From: Chitinophagaceae bacterium
GTDB taxonomy: Bacteria; Bacteroidota; Bacteroidia; Chitinophagales; Chitinophagaceae
Direction: 5' to 3'
Assembly (NCBI GenBank): GCA_041743125.1
Contig: JBGTNK010000025.1
Coordinates: 5,969 to 69,968, forward strand
Length of the DNA stretch: 64,000 nt
The position numbers were made by a program, and so were the translations under genes. Below, one piece after another: positions 59,443 to 64,000 of this stretch. The notes beneath the pieces are model-generated. The model was not told where the DNA came from, made no database searches, and saw only the letters and a program-made list of their open reading frames with translations. Position 1 is the first letter of the stretch. Every line of letters begins with the position of its first letter.

Positions 59443-59949
59443 TTACATGGCCGGAGTTACTTTTGCGCTATCGTTTTCAGCACTCGTTTTCTTAAATAAC
59501 ATCACATACCCGCAAAGATCTTTTTTCTTCTCCTTGTTCACCTGCACAGGTTTCATCATATGAAATTCAGAGAGCTGGGGAATATAAGAGTAGGAAATAA
59601 CATTACCATCTACATCACCCCACCTTTTTTGCTGAAAAATGACTTGTTTTTCATTCCAGTCGTACATCCTGACCTCATATAATTTTGAAGAATATTCACC
59701 AATAAAAACAAACTGGTACCAGCTGCCCTGGGTAAGAGGAATAATTACCGGCATTTCGAATTCGCTTTCCATGCTAATGGAAGCTTCCTTCAATAAAATA
59801 AAACCATCTTTTCCATATTGTCCTTTCAGGCTGTCTACCTGCTTACTGATCATATCATTCTGGCAGGACTTTAAGCGAATCACATCTTGTGAAAAGGAAA
59901 TAATACCGGAGAAAACAAGGGCGATTAATAGGACGGATTTCTTTTTCAT
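59443..59949 (-). CDS. Hypothetical exported protein
   Basis: Start MKKKSVLLIALVFSGIISFSQ (signal peptide, ATG at 59949); beta-rich mature region. Confidence 0.75.
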   Translation of the reverse strand: MKKKSVLLIALVFSGIISFSQDVIRLKSCQNDMISKQVDSLKGQYGKDGFILLKEASISMESEFEMPVIIPLTQGSWYQFVFIGEYSSKLYEVRMYDWNEKQVIFQQKRWGDVDGNVISYSYIPQLSEFHMMKPVQVNKEKKKDLCGYVMLFKKTSAENDSAKVTPAM

Positions 59950-60145
59950 GTTTAGTTTTATATAGATTCGGATTACAGATAAAAATACATCAGGATTGTT
60001 CACAAGTACTAATGTTTAGTTTAAAATAGTAGCCAAAAAGGATATTTCCGTGGTAAAAACACGGTTACCTGTTACCACTTGACACGAACTTTAAACGAAG
60101 AATCCCGGGATTAATTATGCCTAAAAATTAAAATAACACTTTTCT

Positions 60146-60910
60146 TTATGCATGATCCCGGTAAAAATAAATTGCATCCGCCTGTCTTGTGCAGGTTATC
60201 ACCAGGTCGTTTATACATACATGAGGCGGAAGTGTGGTACAGTAATAAATAACATCCGCCACATCGTCGGCAGTCAGGGGCTGAATGCCGTTATAAACAC
60301 TTTTTGCTGTTTTTTCATCTCCTTTAAACCGGACAATCCCAAATTCTGTTTCTGCTGCCCCGGGATGAATTCCGGTAACTTTAATCTGATGCCGTAATAG
60401 ATCAATCCGCATAGCCTGGTTTAATGCATCTACGAAATATTTGGTTGCACAATACACATTGCCTTTTTCATAAACCTGCTTGCCGGCAACGGACCCCAGG
60501 TTAATAATATGTCCTTGTTTATATACAATCATTAATTGCGACACTGCTTGCGCTACATACATAAACCCCTTGATATTGGTATCAACCATTGTGTTCCAGT
60601 CACGGAGATCGGCCTCTTCAAAATAATCCCGGCCCATCGCTAATCCTGCGTTGTTGATGAGCACGTCAATTTTTCGCCATTCTTCAGGTAAGGAAATAAT
60701 GGAATCAAAAACTGATTTTTCTTCTCTTACATCAAACGGTAAAGTAAGAACGGCAATATTGAATTTGTTTTCGAGAGAAGCGCATAACTCTTCCAACCGA
60801 TCTGTCCTTCGTCCATTTATAATAAGATCATAACCATGAGCGGCAAATTTTTCGGCACAGGCTTTTCCAAAACCGGAGGTTGCCCCTGTTATCAAAGCAA
60901 TTTTTGACAT
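60146..60910 (-). CDS. SDR oxidoreductase, YdfG-like NADP-dependent 3-hydroxy acid dehydrogenase
   Basis: TGATSGFG, NNAGLAMG, GNVYCATK, PGAAETEF. Confidence 0.85.
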   Translation of the reverse strand: MSKIALITGATSGFGKACAEKFAAHGYDLIINGRRTDRLEELCASLENKFNIAVLTLPFDVREEKSVFDSIISLPEEWRKIDVLINNAGLAMGRDYFEEADLRDWNTMVDTNIKGFMYVAQAVSQLMIVYKQGHIINLGSVAGKQVYEKGNVYCATKYFVDALNQAMRIDLLRHQIKVTGIHPGAAETEFGIVRFKGDEKTAKSVYNGIQPLTADDVADVIYYCTTLPPHVCINDLVITCTRQADAIYFYRDHA

Positions 60911-61047
60911 AATGATGGTAAAAAGTAATGGATAAATAAATTGGTTTTGTTTCCCGGAACAGGCGAAAGAAATAAAACTAAAGAAAAATCCGGCATTTAA
61001 TACAGCCCTATTGAATTTGAACTAGTCAATGAACCATTGTAGAATAT

Positions 61048-63684
61048 TTACCGGATCAAAGTGACAGTACCTTTCAGGAAGATGGGCTTGCCCAGGTAAT
61101 CAATTGCGCTTACCATCCAAACAAACACATTACTACCCTGGAGAGTGCCTTTAACTTTGCCATCCCATCCGCGTTCGTTTGTCGTTGTATTAAATACCAT
61201 TTCACCCCAACGGTTAAATATCCTGAAGTAATTAATTTTTTGTACTCCAACCGCAGTGGGTTTTATTACATCATTCAGTCCATCCCCATTGGGAGTAAAT
61301 CCCGTAGGCACAAACACATAAGGAATGGTTTTAAAAACTTTCACCAATACATAGGCGGAATCAAAACAACCAATATCATTAAATACCTGCACCTTATACC
61401 GTATGCTATCGGTTTCCTGCCCATAAATCCCAATTGGATTCTTAATATTAACGTTGTTAAGCCCTGTCGGAGGACTCCATAAATATCGGGTGCCACCTTC
61501 GGCATTAAACTGTAATGACTGACCAACTACTACCACCGTATCATTACCGGCAGAGGGAAATATCTGGGGCAATACATTAACTAATACTGTATCCAATCCC
61601 GGCTTCGGACATCCGACATTATTCATTGAAGTTAAAATATATGCTGTACTAACTTTTGGTGAGGCAATTGGAGTCAGGGAATTGGGATTCGATAGCGTAC
61701 TAAAAGGCGACCAGGTAAAAGAGCTTCCATCATGTGAACCATTCAGCATTGCTGAGGTATTAAAACAAATAGCGGTATCCTTACCTGCATTGGCATAAGG
61801 ATACGGAACAGTTGTGATAGTAATATTATCAGTTGCCGTACAGCTACCAATTCTTGCTGTTACCTGGTAGGTAGTTGCTGGATTGGCAGGCCCGGCCATA
61901 GGATTTTTGAGTGTTGCATTATTGAGTGTGGCGGCGGGTGTCCATTGATGCTGAAGCCCATCACTTGTAATATTTAATTGTACAGAATCGGTACGGCAAA
62001 TTGTTGTGTCATTCATTGCTCTTGTTGTAACAACCCTGACAACACGGATTTGAACCGTATCAGTATTAATACAACCTTGTTCATCCAATTGCACAATATA
62101 AGTAGTAGTAACATTTGGGTTAACGGTAGGCGAACCTGTATTTTCATTGATCATATTGATAACCGGAGACCAACTAAAAATACCCGGTCCTGTAGCCTGC
62201 ATTTTTACATTATCAGGTACGCAAATAAGTGTATCCCTGAACGCCAGTGTAATAGGAGGTTTTGCAATGACCTTTATTGGTTTGAATATGGTATCCAGAC
62301 ATCCTTTGCTATTGCCCACTATAAAGCGAACATTTTTGGTTCCGGTATCAGCGTAATTCCATTCAGGATTCCGGATATTTGATGTATCAGCAACTGAATT
62401 TATTTCTCCAAAATCCCATCGCCATTTGTCCACTACTCCGTAATTAGTAGTAGTCCGATCTGTAAACTTGATAGGATTGGTGAGGCAAATACCAGCTGAG
62501 GTGAAATTTGGAAAAAATCCTGGCCAAACTTTTACAATGGCTGTTGTGGAATCTGAACATTCCTGGTTGCGGTTAGTTACCAACTTGATCCTGTAATCCC
62601 CTGCAGTTGAATAGGTGTGAGTGGGAGTTTTTGAAGTGGACGAATTATTGGCTACGCCACTTCCTGGATCGCCAAATTCCCAATAGTAAGAATTGATAAG
62701 GGGGCTATTACTAAGGTTACTGAATGTTAGGGTAAATCCATCGCAGGATATGTATTCAGGATTTAACTGGGCCTTGGCTATATCGCAACCACCTGCCTTT
62801 ATTTGCAGATCTTTTCTTTGGGTGGCGATCACAATTCCATTACGTATTTCACTAACACAAACAGTTACCACGTAAATTCCATCTGCCGGGGCCACGCCGG
62901 AAATCAGCCCAGTATTAGGGTTGATGGTAACGCTTTGACCCAAAGGAGCTGTACTATAATATGGAAAACTATAATTTACTGCATTATAGGGAGGGTTGGC
63001 CGGAGGATTGGGAGTGGGAGTATTTGTGCCTCCACCTTGTCCGCTGCCCTGCCCTCCACCTACGTAAGCCTCGCAAAATGCATAACTCAATCTGTCATTG
63101 TCAGCATCTATGGCTGCAAAACTGTAAGTAAATGGATATCCCCCACAAACTATCACTGTATCTGTACCGGTAAACTTCGCACTATTATTTTCGGGGGCAG
63201 TGCCAAGCAGTTCAGTTCCGGGTATATCTGCAGTGTAGGTGGCTCCCATACTTCCTGAATTGGAAAGATTACTTATCCCGTTTATTCTGCAACAGCGTTG
63301 GTAGGCGATAGTATACCCTTTTGTGGATGCTGGAAGTGAAATAGCAAATTCATAATAACCCACCTGGTAACAAACCACCGGTGCATTCGTTATACAGGCA
63401 CCCGGTGATCCTAACTGAAGCCTTTCCGTTTTCGTTCTTGGTATCAGTTGATTAAATATCAAAGAATTGCTTGTCCTGTTGAATATTCCAATCGCGGCAC
63501 TTTCATCCAGTTGGGCACCCGAGGAAAAACAATCTCTGTAAAGTTTTAGAGTAACTGCATATTGATATTCACCAGTAGCCGAGATACCCGTAAACCGATA
63601 GAACATTTCGCCGCCGGTAATATGCTCAGCAAATACTGATTTTGATAAGAATAAGGTGACTATTATGACTAGAAGACGTTTCAT
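61048..63684 (-). CDS. T9SS type-B CTD cargo protein with PKD and tandem Ig-like repeats (probable surface adhesin)
   Basis: N-terminal EHITGGEMFY...LYRDC; two PKD-like WxFG units; four W[S/T]P...P..[T]Y repeats; C-terminal FVPTGFTPNGDGLND...IFNRWGE...WDG...KGTVTLIR. Confidence 0.88.
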   Translation of the reverse strand: MKRLLVIIVTLFLSKSVFAEHITGGEMFYRFTGISATGEYQYAVTLKLYRDCFSSGAQLDESAAIGIFNRTSNSLIFNQLIPRTKTERLQLGSPGACITNAPVVCYQVGYYEFAISLPASTKGYTIAYQRCCRINGISNLSNSGSMGATYTADIPGTELLGTAPENNSAKFTGTDTVIVCGGYPFTYSFAAIDADNDRLSYAFCEAYVGGGQGSGQGGGTNTPTPNPPANPPYNAVNYSFPYYSTAPLGQSVTINPNTGLISGVAPADGIYVVTVCVSEIRNGIVIATQRKDLQIKAGGCDIAKAQLNPEYISCDGFTLTFSNLSNSPLINSYYWEFGDPGSGVANNSSTSKTPTHTYSTAGDYRIKLVTNRNQECSDSTTAIVKVWPGFFPNFTSAGICLTNPIKFTDRTTTNYGVVDKWRWDFGEINSVADTSNIRNPEWNYADTGTKNVRFIVGNSKGCLDTIFKPIKVIAKPPITLAFRDTLICVPDNVKMQATGPGIFSWSPVINMINENTGSPTVNPNVTTTYIVQLDEQGCINTDTVQIRVVRVVTTRAMNDTTICRTDSVQLNITSDGLQHQWTPAATLNNATLKNPMAGPANPATTYQVTARIGSCTATDNITITTVPYPYANAGKDTAICFNTSAMLNGSHDGSSFTWSPFSTLSNPNSLTPIASPKVSTAYILTSMNNVGCPKPGLDTVLVNVLPQIFPSAGNDTVVVVGQSLQFNAEGGTRYLWSPPTGLNNVNIKNPIGIYGQETDSIRYKVQVFNDIGCFDSAYVLVKVFKTIPYVFVPTGFTPNGDGLNDVIKPTAVGVQKINYFRIFNRWGEMVFNTTTNERGWDGKVKGTLQGSNVFVWMVSAIDYLGKPIFLKGTVTLIR

Positions 63685-63701
63685 TGAGTGGATCAGGTAA
63701 T

Positions 63702-64000
63702 TCAGGTTTCGCTTAAAAATTTATTTAGTATTTGGTTGCTGTTCTCTTCTTCTTCAAGCATCCCCATATGGCCTGATCGATGCAGAATATGAATATACGA
63801 TTTTTCAGGAAGCTGTGCCAGCCTCAACCCATCCTCCAGGGGAATGGTATTATCAAATTCTCCCAGCACAAACAAGATGGGCAATTGCGTGGTTTTAAGT
63901 AAATCAGCTCTTTCTGGTCTATTCATCATTGCTTCTAAATATGAAACGAGGGATTTGTCTGAAAAGTTGTTCACACTATCTATAAATTCAGTAATTAGCC
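63702..64000 (-). CDS. Alpha/beta hydrolase, C-terminal part (5' end outside the window)
   Basis: Frame is open to the window end (LITEFIDSVNNFSD...); PILFVLGEFD (Asp) and SGHMG (His) catalytic motifs. Confidence 0.8.
   Translation of the reverse strand, partial: LITEFIDSVNNFSDKSLVSYLEAMMNRPERADLLKTTQLPILFVLGEFDNTIPLEDGLRLAQLPEKSYIHILHRSGHMGMLEEEENSNQILNKFLSET

Noticed and set aside
130-63258. Numerous short ORFs in the track (e.g. 4366-4851, 5548-6060, 54673-55176, 62803-63258)
   Set aside because: They lie antisense to or out of frame within long, motif-supported genes and show no recognisable protein features; these are shadow ORFs.

Overview
The window looks like core chromosome of an AT-rich Bacteroidota genome, probably Chitinophagaceae. 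This is inferred from gene content and from TAnnTTTG-type -7 promoter boxes. It has three parts. (1) 1-25150 is a xylan/hemicellulose utilisation locus, open at the left edge. It holds a SusC/SusD pair, GH43, GH51, GH67, xylB, xylA, an SSS symporter, uxuA, an SDR, a double FG-GAP/ASPIC lipoprotein, a Tat-signal Gfo/Idh/MocA oxidoreductase, a DUF6807-like protein, and two tandem LacI regulators that each have the identical 16-bp operator ATGCAACCGATTGCAA upstream. (2) 25161-32495 is housekeeping: fused 2-oxoacid dehydrogenase E1, FAH-family protein, pth, rplY, prs and radC, plus a heavily decayed four-helix-bundle pseudogene missing from the ORF track. (3) 32573-64000 is an envelope/T9SS-rich region. 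It holds a CAZyme-free SusC/SusD pair, a coupled PorV-like barrel plus ComEA-HhH/beta-barrel gene pair, folD, queE, a PorE-like OmpA protein, dprA, two type-B-CTD T9SS cargo proteins, ruvA and sprA. Directly after sprA is a WbpB/WbpD/WbpA-like nucleotide-sugar trio with no aminotransferase. I recognised no rRNA, tRNA, CRISPR array, IS element or prophage. All family calls come from motif recognition by eye; no searches were run.
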